Below, one piece after another: positions 1-13,190 of a DNA stretch of 64,000 bases. Under the pieces are notes generated by a model. That model had not been told where the DNA came from. It saw only the letters and a list, made by a program, of their open reading frames with translations, and did not search any database. How positions within the stretch are numbered: position 1 is the first letter of the stretch; each line of letters opens with the position of its first letter. The DNA is from Mustelus asterias (lineage: Eukaryota). The translations under genes and the position numbers were made by a program. The DNA lies in assembly GCF_964213995.1 (NCBI RefSeq), contig NC_135818.1:64356001-64420000 (forward strand), read 5' to 3'.

Positions 1-1844
1 CATAATGTGAGGAAAGTATACTTCCTTCCAGGAATGATTCCACTGACAAGTAGGGATCTTTTATGGTGAAACAAACTTTATTTAATAACACAGTTTAAAT
101 ATAACTCTAACAAATGAAGCAACTTGACTATTAACAGTTTAACCAAATTAAAAAATGAAAGGAAGCAACTTTAGTTTCTACCTTATGACTGTTCCAGTTC
201 CAAATAAGCCCCATTCATGAATAAATCCAATTCACTTTTAAATAGCAAACCCGGGCATACTTGCTTTAACACTTGTTAACAGTCTTGGAGCTTTCAGAGT
301 GAGATAGAGTTTTAGAAGCCTACAAAATCCTTCTAACTTCAACCAGGCTTCAGCTGCAAGCTAAACTGCTTTTTGCAAAAACTTTTCTCTCTCTGCTATA
401 GACTCAGGACTGCAAACAAACCACATCGCTTGATCCTGTCGATCGCTCTAATCAGAAATCCTCAGGGAACTTAAGTAAATAAAAGTCTATTAATTCTACT
501 TAATGTAACTACTTGCAAGGCTAAAATGAGTAATTATCCTGCTCTCCCAGAGTCTGAGCTGCATTCCCTCCAGACATACCAACTGCCTCTAGCATAAAGC
601 TGTATTTTTAAAACTTCCCCAAAACATTAAAAACCTTTACATATCAATTGTACTATCATAGCCTTCACTTTTCCCGGGTAAGCCCTAATAGTGTCAAGCA
701 AGATACTGCAACAATACAAAAAAATCACCTCTGCATCAAATTATTAAATAGATTCCCTTCACACTAGATATTGTATCCCATTTATAGCACACTTAGCAGA
801 AGCTATATATGATCAATTTTATAAAGTACTGTGTAGCAGCTGCATAAGCAAACCAAAAATGCTTAATTTGATCAAGTTTCCCAACTCTCAACTTAGCAAC
901 AGCCAAAATAACTATTCCAAATTGCTATTATACACTCAAATTTCCACTTATAATTAGTTACTGTCGCGCTTGATTCATAAGTATATTTTAGTGGTAAATT
1001 GTAAAATCAAATATTTTCTTGGCCTTTTACCCCCAACTTCATTTTTTTTTAAAATGACATAACAGAAAGAAATGATAGAATCAGAGAGTATTGCACTCAG
1101 GCCCTCTCCCCTGTCCTATTCCCATAACCCCACACATTTACCATGGCTAATCCAGCTAACCTACACATCTCAGCAGAAATGTGAAAAAGTTTTAGATTTT
1201 TTGTAAAACAAAGGACTTATTTTTAAAATATAACTACCAGTGTTTACAGATATCAAAGAGATGGGTAAAATCTAGTTGGGGCCATTAACGATCACTTTTG
1301 AAAATACCATCAGAAACAAAAGTCATGGAGCTGCATTTAACTGATTTATTACTTCTTTTAGTCAAACTACAAAATTATAAAAGTAGAAACGCAGGATGGT
1401 TCATCTTTATTTAAAAGTGAGATTATATTGTTTTACGCTTGAGCCATTTGTGCATTAAAATATTGATTTATAAACGATGTTAATCTGCAAAGCGTACTTG
1501 TGTACATCATTTCAGAGAAGAAATCAAAGTTGTCTAATGCTGTGTTATGATTATTTCCTCAATAACTTCAAAATGCATTTATGGTCATTTCTAGACGGTT
1601 TAGCTATTAAATGTACTACCAGAAAAGCCAGAGGACTGTGATAGGTTTACTGATCTCACCGGTGTAGCATTTTACCTCAGTGTGCCCAGTTCAGGTCTTA
1701 AGAAGAAAACATATTACTCTCAAACCAAATATCTAACCATTCACATCTTTTCAAAATTCTACATTCATATCTAGTGAGAACTGGGGCTCAGTCGTAACAG
1801 AACCTATAATTAAAGCATCTGCCAACATTAATTATCTCACAAGC

Positions 1845-3930
1845 TGTAATAACTGGAGGTGACTCAATGTGGCTCCAACAACAAAGGATTTATTAAACTA
1901 ACATAACTATATACAAGACAAGGGTCTGACAGAACGGATGCACAGGTCAACTCTTTCCCTCTATGGTTCCCACTGAAGTTCCTTCCTGTCCCAGGACATG
2001 TGCCCTTGTTCCTGGTTAGCCCGGCTTCCCATATGGCCATTCCATAGGGTCCGGCCTGATCACGTGACCCGCAAAGGATCACCCCTTAAAGGGGCCATGT
2101 TACCACTCTCCCTCCTCCCTAAACTCTTGAGTAAACCGACGAGTGAAAACAAAAGAGAAACAACATTATACAGAGGCACATAGACCCAATATCACATTAG
2201 GGAGACCAAAGGAAAATTCATTCACAGAGACAATCAGTCCGGATACTTCCGGACTCTTGCAAAACACCGCAACTCATACAGGGCCCTTCAGCAAGCAATG
2301 AATCCGCTCCAGCCGAACAAAAAGGAAAACTCAACAGGGTGGATATCTTCCCTGGTGGCTTCTTGCTTCGCTGCTCCACAAGCTAGAAGTTGCCTAGGCT
2401 CAACAGAGGCCGCAGGTATCCCTGGTTCTATAGCTAGCATGTACGAGTCCGCAGCAGGCCATACCTGTTGATCCCTGGGATCAGGCCCAGGTCTCATTAG
2501 AATCCCTACAGTGCAGAAGGAGGCCATTCAGCCCATCGTATCTGCACCGACCACAATCCCACCCATGTCCTACTAGGGGCAATTTAGCATGGCCAATCCA
2601 CCTAACCCGCACATCTTTGGACTGTGGGAGGAAACCAAAGCACCCGGAGGAAACCCACGCAGACAAAGGGAGAATATGCAAACTCCACACAGTGACCCGA
2701 GGCCGGAATTGAACCCGGGTCCCTGGCAATGAGGTAGCAGTGCTACTCTGCCAACGCGCCGTCTCTTTGTCAAGTGATCCACATGTTTTTTCATATGGTG
2801 ACCATGTACTTCCAACACGTATGAAACTGGTCCCATTCTCTCTACAATCCTTCCCAATACTCAGACTGGTTCACCCCCCACCAAAGTTTCTCTTCCTGAC
2901 TAGGTCATCAACCTCGAATGCTCTGTCCCTTTCCTTAGTGTCATGGTGTTCTTTCTGGGAGACTTGTCTAGCCTCCATCCTCCCTGACAAATCTGGAACA
3001 AACAAATCCAAGCAGGCTCATAAGCAGAGTCCCATTAATAGTTCAGCTGGCGTAACCCTGGTGATGGCATCTGGCGTAGTATTATTCAATAACAAGAAAC
3101 TTGCCAAATGTAAAGTCGGTGGCCTATGAGCTTGCTTTTTCATAGAAGCTTTGAATGTTTGTATGGCTCATTCTGCCAAGCCATTCGAGGCTTGGTGGTA
3201 CGGGGTTGACTGAACGTGGTGTATCTAATTTGATTTGACAAATTGGCAGAACTCCTCAGCTGTAAATGCTGTGCCATTGTCTGACACTATGAATGGCAAA
3301 AACCTGCCGCAACTTGTCGATGGCGGCTGTGGATGTTGTAGACTTCATGAGCTGGACATCCAGCCATCTTGAATGTGCATTAACCAGGATAAGGAACATA
3401 TGTGCCATAAACAGTCCTGCAAAGTCCAAGTGCAATCGCGACAATGGTCAACCTGGCCTTTCCCTCGGATGTCTAGCTGTTGGTGACGGCAATGACTGTT
3501 GGGTTTGACAAATCAGGCACTGGCTAACCATTCCTTCAATCTCTTTGTCGATGCCCAGCCACCAGGCGTAGCTTCAGGTCGGTTTCTTCATCCTACTTTG
3601 CCCAGGGTGGACAACATACAATTCCTGCAGTAAAAGCTGTCGCCCCTGGGGTGGCATTATAACACAAGCCCCCTGCCCCTCCATGATGACACGCCATCCT
3701 CACATGTTGGGCCGGATTCTCCGACCTCGCTCGCAGCCGGGATTCTCCCATCCCACTGTAGTAAACGGAGATTTGGCCGAGCGCCAAATTCTCTGTCCGC
3801 GCTGTCAGCAGCGGTGGGACATATTGGCCTTTATCTCTATCCTATGCTGTAGGTAAGGTATGATCTGCTCTGACTGGTCATTGTGCCAACCTTGCAGCAT
3901 CCAAGGGTCAATGGCCCCAACAACAAAAAC
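1845..3930 (-). mobile_element. Decayed Ty3/Gypsy LTR retrotransposon (integrase remnant, PPT and 3' LTR), interrupted by a SINE and a GC-rich repeat
   Basis: Minus-strand fragments read SRLHLDFAG..FLILVNAHSRWLDV..STTSTAAIDKLRQVFAIH and GRIVERMGPVSYVLEV..KKHVDHL, typical of rve integrase and its C-terminus. A polypurine tract AGGGAGGAGGGAGAG (2106-2120, minus) abuts an LTR-like segment at about 1845-2105. Boundaries are approximate. Confidence 0.8.
2495..2760 (-). mobile_element. HE1/V-SINE-like tRNA-derived SINE
   Basis: Reverse complement of the recurrent unit ...GGGACCCGGGTTCAATTCC...TGTGTGGAGTTTGCA...TTTCCTCCCACAGTCCAAAGATGTGCGGGTTAGGTGGATTGGCCATGCTAAATTGCCCC, which occurs more than 12 times in this window. 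Confidence 0.85.
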
Positions 3931-4144
3931 AAAATCCATGCTTTTAGGAATGAGAGAAAATTACATCAATTTTTACTCAAACATCTAAAAGAATGATAGA
4001 AACTGGTTATAGACAATTATAACACATTGAAACAAAATAAATATATTGCAGATGATGAAAAGATTCAGCATCAAGCAGAATGTGTACAGGAAAGGGGAGT
4101 AAAGGTTGATGTTTTTAGCATAACCTCCATCAGAAGTGGAAGAT

Positions 4145-6026
4145 TCAGTAAGTAGTCTCACAACATCAGGTTAAAGTCCAAGTTTTATTTGGTAGCACGA
4201 GCTTTCGGAGCGCCGCTCCTTCATCAGGCGAGTGCAGGGTTTGTTTCACAAACAGGGCATATATAGACACAAACTCAGTTACAAGATAACGGTTGGAATG
4301 CGAGTCTTAACAGGTAATCAAGTCTTTACAAGTGCAGACAATGTGAGTGGAGAGAAGGTTAAGCACAGGTTAGAGAGATGTGTATTGTCTCCAGCCAGGA
4401 CAGTTAGTGAGATTTTGCAAGCCCAGGCAAGTCGTGAGGGTTACAGATAGTGTGACATGAACCCAAGATCCCGGTTGAGGCCGTCCTCATGTGTGCGGAA
4501 CTTGGCTATCAGTTTCTGCTCAGCGATTTTGCGTTGTCGTGTGTTGTGAAAGCCGCCTTGGAGAATGCTTACCCGAAGATCAGAGGCTGAATGCCCTTGA
4601 CTGCTGAAGTGTTCCCCAACAGGAAGGGAACACTCTTGCCTGGTAATTGTCGAACAGTGTCCACTCATCCGTTGTCGCAGCGTCTGCATGGTCTCACCAA
4701 TCTACCATGCCTTGGGACATCCATTCCTGCAGCGTATCAGGTAGACAACATTGGCCGAGTTGCAAGAGTATGTACCGTGTACCTGGTGGATCGTGTTCTT
4801 ACGTGAGATGATGGCATCCGTGTCGATGATCCGGCACGTCTTGCAGAGGTTGCTGTGGCAGGGTTGTGTGGTGTCGTGGTCACGGTCTCCTGAAGGCTGG
4901 GTAGTTTGCTGCGTACAATGGTCTGTTTGAGGTTGCGCGGTTGTTTGAAGGCAAGTAGTGGGGGTGTGGGGATGGCCTTGGTGAGATGTTCGTCTTCATC
5001 AATGACATGTTGAAGGCTCTGGAGAAGATGTCGTAACTTCTCCGCTCCGGGAAAGTACTGGACGACGAAGGGTACTCTGTCCGCCGTGTCCCGTGTTTGT
5101 CTTCTGAGGAAGTCGGTGCGGATTTTCACTGTGGTGTGTCGGAACTGTCAATCGATGAGTCGAGCGCCATATCCTGTTCTTACGAGGGCGTCTTTCAGCA
5201 TCTATTGCGATGCTTCTCATCTGAGCAGATCCTGTGTATACGGAGGGTTTGTCCGTAGGGGATGGCTTCTTTAACGTGTTTAGGGTGGAAGCTGGAGAAG
5301 TGGAGCATAGTGAGGTTATCCGTGAGCTTGCGGTACAGTGAAGTGCTGAGGTGACCGTCCTTGATGGAGATGCGTGCCCAAGAATGCAACCGATTTCAGA
5401 GAGTAGTCCATGGGGAGTTTGATGGTGGGATGGAACTTGTTGATGTCATCATGTAGTTGTTTCAGTGATTGTTCGCCATGAGTCCAAAAGGAAGAAAATG
5501 TCATCAATGTATCTAGTGTATAGCATCGGTTGAAGGTCCTGTGCAGTGAAGAAGTCTTGTTTGAACCTGTGCAAGAAGATGTTGACATATTGAGGTGCAA
5601 ATTTGGTCCCAATGGCCGTTCCATGTGAGTGGATGAACTGGTTGTTGAAGGTGAAGATATTGTGGTCCAGGATGAAACGAATGAGTTGCAGAATTGCGTC
5701 TGGAGATTGGCAGTTGTTGGCATTGAGTACTGAGGCAGTTGCAGCAATGCCGTCATTGTGAGGGATACTGGTGTAGAGTGCCGAAGAGTGTTCCTGGTTC
5801 AACTGCTCCATGGGTGCTGAGTTTCCGTAAGGAGTCCGTAGTGTCGCGACAGAAGCTAGGGGTTCTTTGTACGATGGGTTTCAGGATGCCCTCAACGTAG
5901 CCAGAGAGATTCTCACACAGGGTCCCATTGCCTGATACAATGGGACGGCCGGGTGGGTTGGCCTCGTGTATCTTCGGGAGGCAGTAGAGATCTCCAACAT
6001 GAGGATATCAACATCATCCACATCAT
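4145..6026 (-). mobile_element. Penelope-like retroelement, 5'-truncated and frameshifted (RT plus GIY-YIG endonuclease plus terminal repeat)
   Basis: RT motifs SALYTSIPH, GTAIGTKFAPQY, YTRYIDDIFF, LYRK..HFSSFHP..AIPYGQ. Endonuclease C-terminus TLRQRMSGH..PVGEHF..AEQKLI..GLN. A 12-bp direct repeat GAAGTGGAAGAT at 4133-4144 and 6027-6038 is a likely TSD. Confidence 0.92.
4196..4230 (-). ncRNA. Minimal type I hammerhead ribozyme motif in Penelope terminal repeat
   Basis: Minus strand reads CGC-CTGATGA-A-GGAGC-GGC-GCTCC-GAAA-GC-TC-GTG: conserved core, stem II, UH site and 3-bp stem I. Confidence 0.75.
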
Positions 6027-6486
6027 GAAGTGGAAGATGTTACAGATGAGCAGTACTTGGAACAGAAAATAGAAAGCTGCCGGATACAAAGGCTTATTGA
6101 TATTCCAAAGTTTCTCAGAGTCAAAAGCAAGATCTTATAAATTTGTTTAGACACATGGAAAAAAAAACACTATTTGACAACAAGTTTCATGAAGGAATCT
6201 AAGATTTGCAACCATAACTGCAAGTTCACCCATTGGATTTCTGATCTTTCTTCTTCAGTACTGCACTGTACATTTTGGTTTACATACTACCTTACATACT
6301 CCACAAATTGGCCATGTCTAAACAACGCTATCTTTCACTTTTAGCACAGTCAAGCTCCAATTTTATTTATTTTTTAAATGAGAACCATAATTTTTAATAT
6401 AAACCACAGCATTGGATGTTTAAATTTAAACTTTTCTCCTTCCCAAATTTTTTACTATACCTTTTGACAGAAGCAATAATGAATCC

Positions 6487-6745
6487 TAGCACTGCTGCCT
6501 CACAGCGCCAGAGACCTGGGTTTGATTCCCGGCTTGGGTCACTGTCTGTGTGGAGTCTGCACGTTCTCTGTGTCTGCGGCGGTTTCCTCCCACAGTCCAA
6601 AAGACATGCTGGTTAGGTGCATTGGCCGTTCTAAATTCTCCCTCAGTGTACCCGAACAGGCGCCGGAGTGTGGCGACAAGGGGATTTTCACAGTAACTTC
6701 ATTGCAGTGTTAATGTAAGCCTTTTGTGACTAATAAATAAACTAA
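6487..6745 (+). mobile_element. HE1/V-SINE-like SINE (subfamily with alternative 3' tail)
   Basis: TAGCACTGCTGCCTCACAGCGCCAG...CCCACAGTCC... ending GTGACTAATAAATAAA. The same tail is seen reversed at 48818-48985. Confidence 0.8.
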
Positions 6746-7189
6746 CTTAGAATAACCTTATTTCAATCGTAAGCTAAGGAAAAGAGCAAATTAAAATGAG
6801 GGTAAAAATCTTTAGCAAAACTTCCTCTAATTTTTTTGTACTGCACGGCGATACGTTTACATGCTTGGGCCCTTTCAATTCTTACATGCGGTCACACTTG
6901 AAGGGGCCAATTTATGTTTGGCCTGCACAGGAACATTGCGGGCCATGCAGCTTAGAGGAAACATTGATCTTAAACATAATTTAGAAGTTTAATTACAATT
7001 TTGATGTTAAAACTCACAAACATGCTGTACTTCAAATCAGCACTGAAACTGGTACCAAGGAATTAGAAAAAAGATGCCAGTGGATGGAAGAGACTGAAAT
7101 CTGAAAAGTTAGACATTTCACCATTCAGCTAAGATTACACTAAAGTCAGTTAACTTCACCCCATTCTCTAAAGAGAAAATAACACCTAC

Positions 7190-7348
7190 CTGTAGGTATA
7201 AAGACCGGATAGCAATCAGCTCAGAACCCAGGGGAACAACAAACTTCTCCACGTGTCTCTGGTGCGAGTAGGGCTGGATGTCCAGGGAATCTTCAGACCT
7301 CACCTCCAGATGCGAAATCATCAGGTTTGAAAGAACTTGTTGTACAGC
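7190..7348 (-). CDS. FANCM: FANCM coding exon 4 (159 nt)
   Basis: AVQQVLSNLMISHLEVRSEDSLDIQPYSHQRHVEKFVVPLGSELIAIRSLYLQ, with AG acceptor and GTAGGT donor, phase 0/0. Downstream exons were not found in the window. Confidence 0.93.
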
Positions 7349-9514
7349 CTGTCATATTAACACAACACTTATATAATATATGCTTCCATCAAACATCTTG
7401 AGCAAATTACCAATTCTTGTATCCTTCACCTCCCCAATGCTGTCCAAATCCTTTCAATCCTACTTTTGTCCTCCTATGGGGGCAACACATTTTCTCAAGT
7501 TACTTACAAGTGCTCCTAACTGCCTTACTGCCACAATATCTCTGCAGTTTTCAATGTGCTCAGCCACCCTAATGCTCCAGCTTTGACGTCCTTGTCCACC
7601 CACGAAACCTTCACCATCAGACGCCTCAATCCTCGAATAGGAACCATCTTAGCTCCCTCAAGTACAATCGCACAGGACTTGACAACTGATTTTGCCATCA
7701 ACTATCAGATTTGCTGCTTAAAATCAAGTTCCATTAGAACATTGGCTAACCTCCACCTTTTCCCCCCATTGTCAACTTCTGCTTATATCTCGAACAATAA
7801 AATAACTTTCTCACCAAGCTGATCCACCCATTCTCTGACCATGCCAGCCCTGAGCCACAATTCTCTACCTTGTTTATTGCCCATCTCCTCCATGCCTCCC
7901 CTGAACTCAACTCATTCACATGCCCCCCGACACTTTCACCCACTGCGACCTCATTCCCTACCTCCTCCTTTATGCCCACTGGCATTATGAATGGTTCCCT
8001 CTCCAGAGGCACTTCTTCCATTTCAAAGTGCACTGATCAATTCACCTTAAAAAAAAACTATTTGACCTCCCTATCCTTGCAAATTACTGCCCAACCTCCA
8101 AACTTCTTGAACATATTTATGAGATATGAAATGATGTTGCCGGTATTTAAAATTTTATTCATAAGGAATGATTGGATAGGCTAGGGGTTTTTTTGGAGCA
8201 GAGAAGGCTGAGGGGAGACTGAATTGAAGTGTACAACATTATGATGGGTTTAGATAGAGTGGATAGGAAGGCTTTGAAGCTAATATTAATACCTGCTCAT
8301 TACTAGATGCAAGCATGTCTCAGGCAATTATAAATAAAAAATACACAGTTTTGGCATTCAAAATCTTTGTGTACAAATAATAGAATAGCCCAATGGCACT
8401 ATTGGTTGATGTATTCATGCAGGAGAATCATAAAACTTGGACAAGGGTAAAATCATCTGAAATCCCAAACAAGGTGCTACTTTGCTACAACCCAGTTAAG
8501 ATTGTGTTGCATCGATTACGCACTGAAATTTTGCCTTACTCTTGCATTTTCCATATCCTCCAGTGACAGAGTCAATATGACTCGTTTGGTAACTCTTCAT
8601 AGACAGAAGATTGGCATTCAAGTCTCATTTCACATCAGAACACAGTCTAGGCTTATACTCCAAAACAGCATTGATGAGCAATCTGATTATTGGTGCTATC
8701 TTTCGGATAATAAGCTTATCTGAAGTCTGGTCAGCCTGCTAAATGGACATGGCACAATTTGAAGATCAGAAAGTTCTTCTGCTATCCTGAACTATTTCCA
8801 CCCAGGAGCCACTACCAAAACAGATCAGTTCGTCATTTATTTAAATTTATTTCTGGGACCTCGCTGTGTCTTCATTACAGTGACTACGCTCACATGGCTG
8901 TGAAACAACATGGACATCCATAGGATATGAAAGGTATCAGACATTTCTCAAATTGCAGTCTATATTAATGACCTAGATGATGGTGTTGTAAGCTCTGTCG
9001 GCAAGTTTGCAAATGACATTATGTTATTAGTGTTAGGTGAGGAGGATAAAGCTACAATCTCATCTATATCCGACAGACGTTTCACACCTGGCCAACGTCA
9101 CAACATAGGTAAATGCAAGGTCACGTCTGTGGGTGAGGTTAATGCTAAGCATGGCTGGTATGGAAAAGGGGGCAGTTACAATACAGGACAAGTTTGTGAA
9201 GGTGCACGATCAATGCCACAAAGCTACAGAGTATCAAGTTTGACAAGAACAATTCAGTATAAATGAAAATAGTTGTAGTGCTCCTATAGATGATTTTTAT
9301 TAGACTTTATTGGATATGCCCCAAAAAAGGTTCAAGGACCACCACTGAATGATCTCTAGACAAAATACCCGTAGTTATGATGATAGGGTTTATACAACTG
9401 GATCTTATTTTGGAGAAGTTGCAAGGAGATTTAATTCAAGTGTTTAATATTTAATTACTTATACGATGTAAATAGGTTAGGGAAAACAAGAGGACCCCAA
9501 AGCTCATCTACCAG

Positions 9515-10010
9515 TTACAAGGCACAAGTCAGAAACGTGGTAGAGTACTCTCCATTTGACTGCACAGTATAGCTCCAACAACAATCAAGAAGCTTGATGC
9601 AGCCAGAACAAAGAAATCCACTTTAATGGCACTTCATCCACCACCTTAAACATTCACTCCCTTGACCATCGACACACAGTAGTACCAACTACAAGTTGTA
9701 CATCAGCAACTCGACAAGTCTCCTTCAACACTCTCCAAACCTGTAACCTTTACTACCTAGAAGGACAAGGGCTGCAGATGCATTGGGAATACCATTACCC
9801 AGTCATTCCTCCCCATGGCACATGTAATCCTAATTTGCAACTATATCACCATTACTTCTGTTACTGGGTCAAATATCCGGACTTTGGGTGTATCTACACC
9901 AGATGGACTGCAGCAATTCAAGGCGGCGGCCCACCATCACCTGCAAGGGCAATAGGGGATGAGCAACAAGTGCTGGTTTTGCCTGCTATGCCCATATGCC
10001 AAGAATCAAA
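9515..10010 (+). mobile_element. Old L2/CR1-clade LINE 3' fragment
   Basis: Degenerate RT end (YKAQVR..EYSP) and a 3' tail AAGGGCAATAGGGGATGAGCAACAAGTGCTGG shared with the SINE at 35965-36345. Confidence 0.6.
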
Positions 10011-10404
10011 AACATACATATAGTATGGGAACATGCATATAATATGGGAATAATGACAGGGAAAGACTCATTGGTCCATCTGGTCAGTCGTATATATGAG
10101 TGATAGCTTGGCCCATAACTTCCGATCTCTAGAAAGTGACACCGTGACCCCACCACCCTCCTGCCAACCCAGAAGCCCCACACAAGGACTGCACGGCAAT
10201 TCCTGAGAAGTTCAAACTTCCATGCGCTGGGAACCATTCGATACTCCAATTTAAATCATGCACTTCGGATGATTCTGACCGTCTTACCAGAATAGTTACC
10301 CAGCAAAGGTTAGAAGAATTAAAGCCGCTTCTAACTCTAGTACTAACCCCACCACCACTCCCATTCCAACAGATCAGCCTGACTCCATCCCTTTGCTCCC
10401 TCCA

Positions 10405-11015
10405 TTTTGATTGGATTTGTCACATGTATTAACATACAGTGAAAAGTATTGTTTCTTGCGCACTATGTAGATAAAATATACCATTCATAGAGAAGGAAAC
10501 TAGAAAGTGCAAAATGTGGTGTTACAGTCATAGCTGGGTGTAGAAAAAGATCAACTTAATGCAGGGTAAGTCCATTCAAAAGTCTGACAGCAGCAGGGAA
10601 GAAGCTGTTCTTGAGTCGGTTGGTATGTGACCTCAGACTTTTGTATCTTTTTCCCGACGGAAGGTGGTAGAAGAGAGAATGGCCGGGGTGCATGGGGTCC
10701 TTAATTATGCCGGCTGCTTTGCCGAGGCAGCGGGAAGTGTAGATTGAGTCAATGGATGGGAGGCTGGTTTGCGTGTTGGATTGGGCTACATTCACGACCT
10801 TTTGGAGTTCCTTGCGGTCTTGGACAGAGCAGGAGCCATACCAAGTTGTGATACAACCAGAAAGAATGCTTTCTATGATGCACCTGTAAAGGTTGGTGAG
10901 AGTCGTAGCTGACATGCCAAACTTCCTTAATCTTCTGAGAAAGTAGAGGCATTGGTGGGTTTTCTTAACTATAGTATCGGCATGGGGTGGGGGACTTGGA
11001 CACCTAAAAACTTGA
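10405..11015 (-). mobile_element. Rex1/Babar-like LINE 3' fragment
   Basis: ORF 10556-10915 reads TLTNLYRCIIESILSGCITTWYG..LPSGKRYKSLRSHTNRLKNSFFPAAVRLLN. Confidence 0.8.
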
Positions 11016-11409
11016 AGCCAGTAGAACTTACTACCCCTTCACCCCGGCCATGCCCACCCTATTCTACCCCAATTACTGCACATACTTACCTCCTCCCTGG
11101 CTTTGCAAAGTGGCTGGGACATTAATCCCTATCCTTCTATTTTGCTACACCCCCTCTCTTCAACATCATGCCATCATCAACCCATCACATTTCTGCCTCT
11201 CGTCAGCTCTGAAGTCTCATACGGACTTGAAACATTAAATCAGTTTCTCTCTCCACAGATACTGCGAGACCTGAGTTTTTTCAGCATTTTCTGCTTTAAT
11301 TTATAAAATGGTTTCCAGCATTCCCGACATGAATTTTATGTAGTATAAAAGCAACTCAAATTTATTTTAACAGTGGCAATGATATCGGGCCTCTATGCGT
11401 AAATAGGAT

Positions 11410-11895
11410 ATCATAGAAAGCATCCTTCCAGGATGTATCACAGCTTGGTATAGCTTCTGCTCCGACCAAGACCGCGAGAAACTACAAAGGGTTGTGAACG
11501 TAGCCCAGTCCATCACGCCAACCAGCCTTCCATCCATCGACTCGGTCTACACTTCCCGCTGCCTCGGAAAAGCAGCCAGCATAATCAAGGACCCCATGCA
11601 CCAGGACATATTTGCTTCCACCTTTTTCCGTCGGGAAAAAGATACAGAAGTCTGAGATCGTGCACCAACCAACTCAAGAACAGCTCCTTCTTTACTGCCA
11701 TCAGACTTTTGAATGGACCTACCTTATATTAAGTTAATCTTTCTCTGCACTCTAGCTATGACTTTAACACTACATTATGCACCCTTTCCTTTCCTTCTCC
11801 CTATGTATTCTATGAACGGTATGCTTTGTCTATATAGCACGCAGGAAACAATACCTTTTCACTGTATACCAATACATGTGACAATAAATTAAATA
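11410..11895 (+). mobile_element. Rex1/Babar-like LINE 3' fragment (opposite orientation to the 10405 copy)
   Basis: Reverse-complement similarity to 10405-10880. Ends ACATGTGACAATAAAT. Confidence 0.8.
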
Positions 11896-12698
11896 ATAAA
11901 CCTAGCGCCTTGTGACTGCATGCTTGCATGCAGACAAGTAGCAAGATACATAAATACAGCCATATTCGTCATTGCTATCTATATCAATTTGTCATAACCA
12001 TTATATTTAGTTCCAGTGAAGGTATGCTGTGTATTGTTTTGTTTCTAATCTTTGGGTACATGTAGCCCAAATTCTGTTTTAAAAAAAACTGGGTCAACAC
12101 CTCATTTAGGACAATAATTGACAAATCAGCTACAGTAAAACCAGACATCTGTAGAATAAATTAGGAATTAACTATAGTGTTTAGCAATGGCAATAAAAAG
12201 ATAGCATCAAGCATGTAGCTGAATAAGGCAATACATCAAGATTAAATAACAATATTCCAGAATTTCAACTCAATTGCATGACAGGCACAGAGATAAAAAA
12301 ATGACTCAAGTTAAAAGTTAATGCATGGTACTTATAATGCAGCACTTTTGATTCCATCCAAAACCCTCAGTCAACTGAAGATTGTCATCAAATGTTGCTT
12401 ATAAAGAGATTTTGTACTTCTCTTGTATTCCAATAACAAATAGCATTTTAATGACTTCATTTAGTACAAAACAGAAAATCATATCCAAGCAGTTCTTTAT
12501 AGTACAAAAAACGACAAGGCTCCAAGACAAACATATGGACACCCTCCATCCTATAATGTTGTAATTTCAAGTTTTTTCTTCCATGTTTATCTTTCTTCAA
12601 CGTTTGTACATTGCAATTACCCGGTCTTCAGAAAATTAAAGATGAACTGTGAAATCATACAATCTATCCAATACGTGAAACCTGTACGAGTAACTCAC

Positions 12699-12776
12699 CT
12701 TCATGTCACTACCCGGCGTTGCAGTCAAAGCCAGAACACGGAACTGAAGTGTATAATTACATAGCTCCCGAACAAC
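12699..12776 (-). CDS. FANCM: FANCM coding exon 3 (78 nt)
   Basis: VVRELCNYTLQFRVLALTATPGSDMK, containing helicase motif III (TAT), with AG and GTGAGT boundaries. Confidence 0.95.
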
Positions 12777-13017
12777 CTTCAAGAGAAAGACGAAATGATA
12801 AAAGAAAAATCACAAGACGTTATGATAGGGTTTATAGAACTGGATCTTATTATTTTGAGAAGTTTCAAGAAGATTTGATTCAAGTGTTTAATATTTAATT
12901 AGCCTATCGCTGTAGTTAGGTTAGGGAAAACAAGAGGACCCCAAACCCATGCTCACCAGGTACAAGGCACAAATTACAATACGAGGGTGTATATGCACAA
13001 CCTTTGCAATACTGTAC

Positions 13018-13190
13018 CTGGCAGTAAGCGTGATTCCCTAATGCCTTGTGAGCTTCATCCACAACCAAACACTTCACATCAGCAGCTGGGCAAGCTTGAC
13101 GAGAAAGGTCATTCATCATAACCTGCGGTGTGAGGAAGACAACTCGTTTGGCATTCCAAATATTCTGGCGATTCACTGCCTGTGTCTGTC
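13018..13190 (-). CDS. FANCM: FANCM coding exon 2 (173 nt)
   Basis: (G)QTQAVNRQNIWNAKRVVFLTPQVMMNDL..KCLVVDEAHKALGNHAYCQ, containing the DEAH box, phase 1/0. Confidence 0.96.

Noticed and set aside
1-660. Possible LTR-like repeat (resembles 29290-29420)
   Set aside because: Only weak similarity, with no definable ends or TSD within the window.
6170-6210. Possible FANCM exon 5 (minus strand ILDSFMKL...)
   Set aside because: It hits a stop after 11 codons and lacks a suitable acceptor and downstream similarity. Exon 5 probably lies outside the window.
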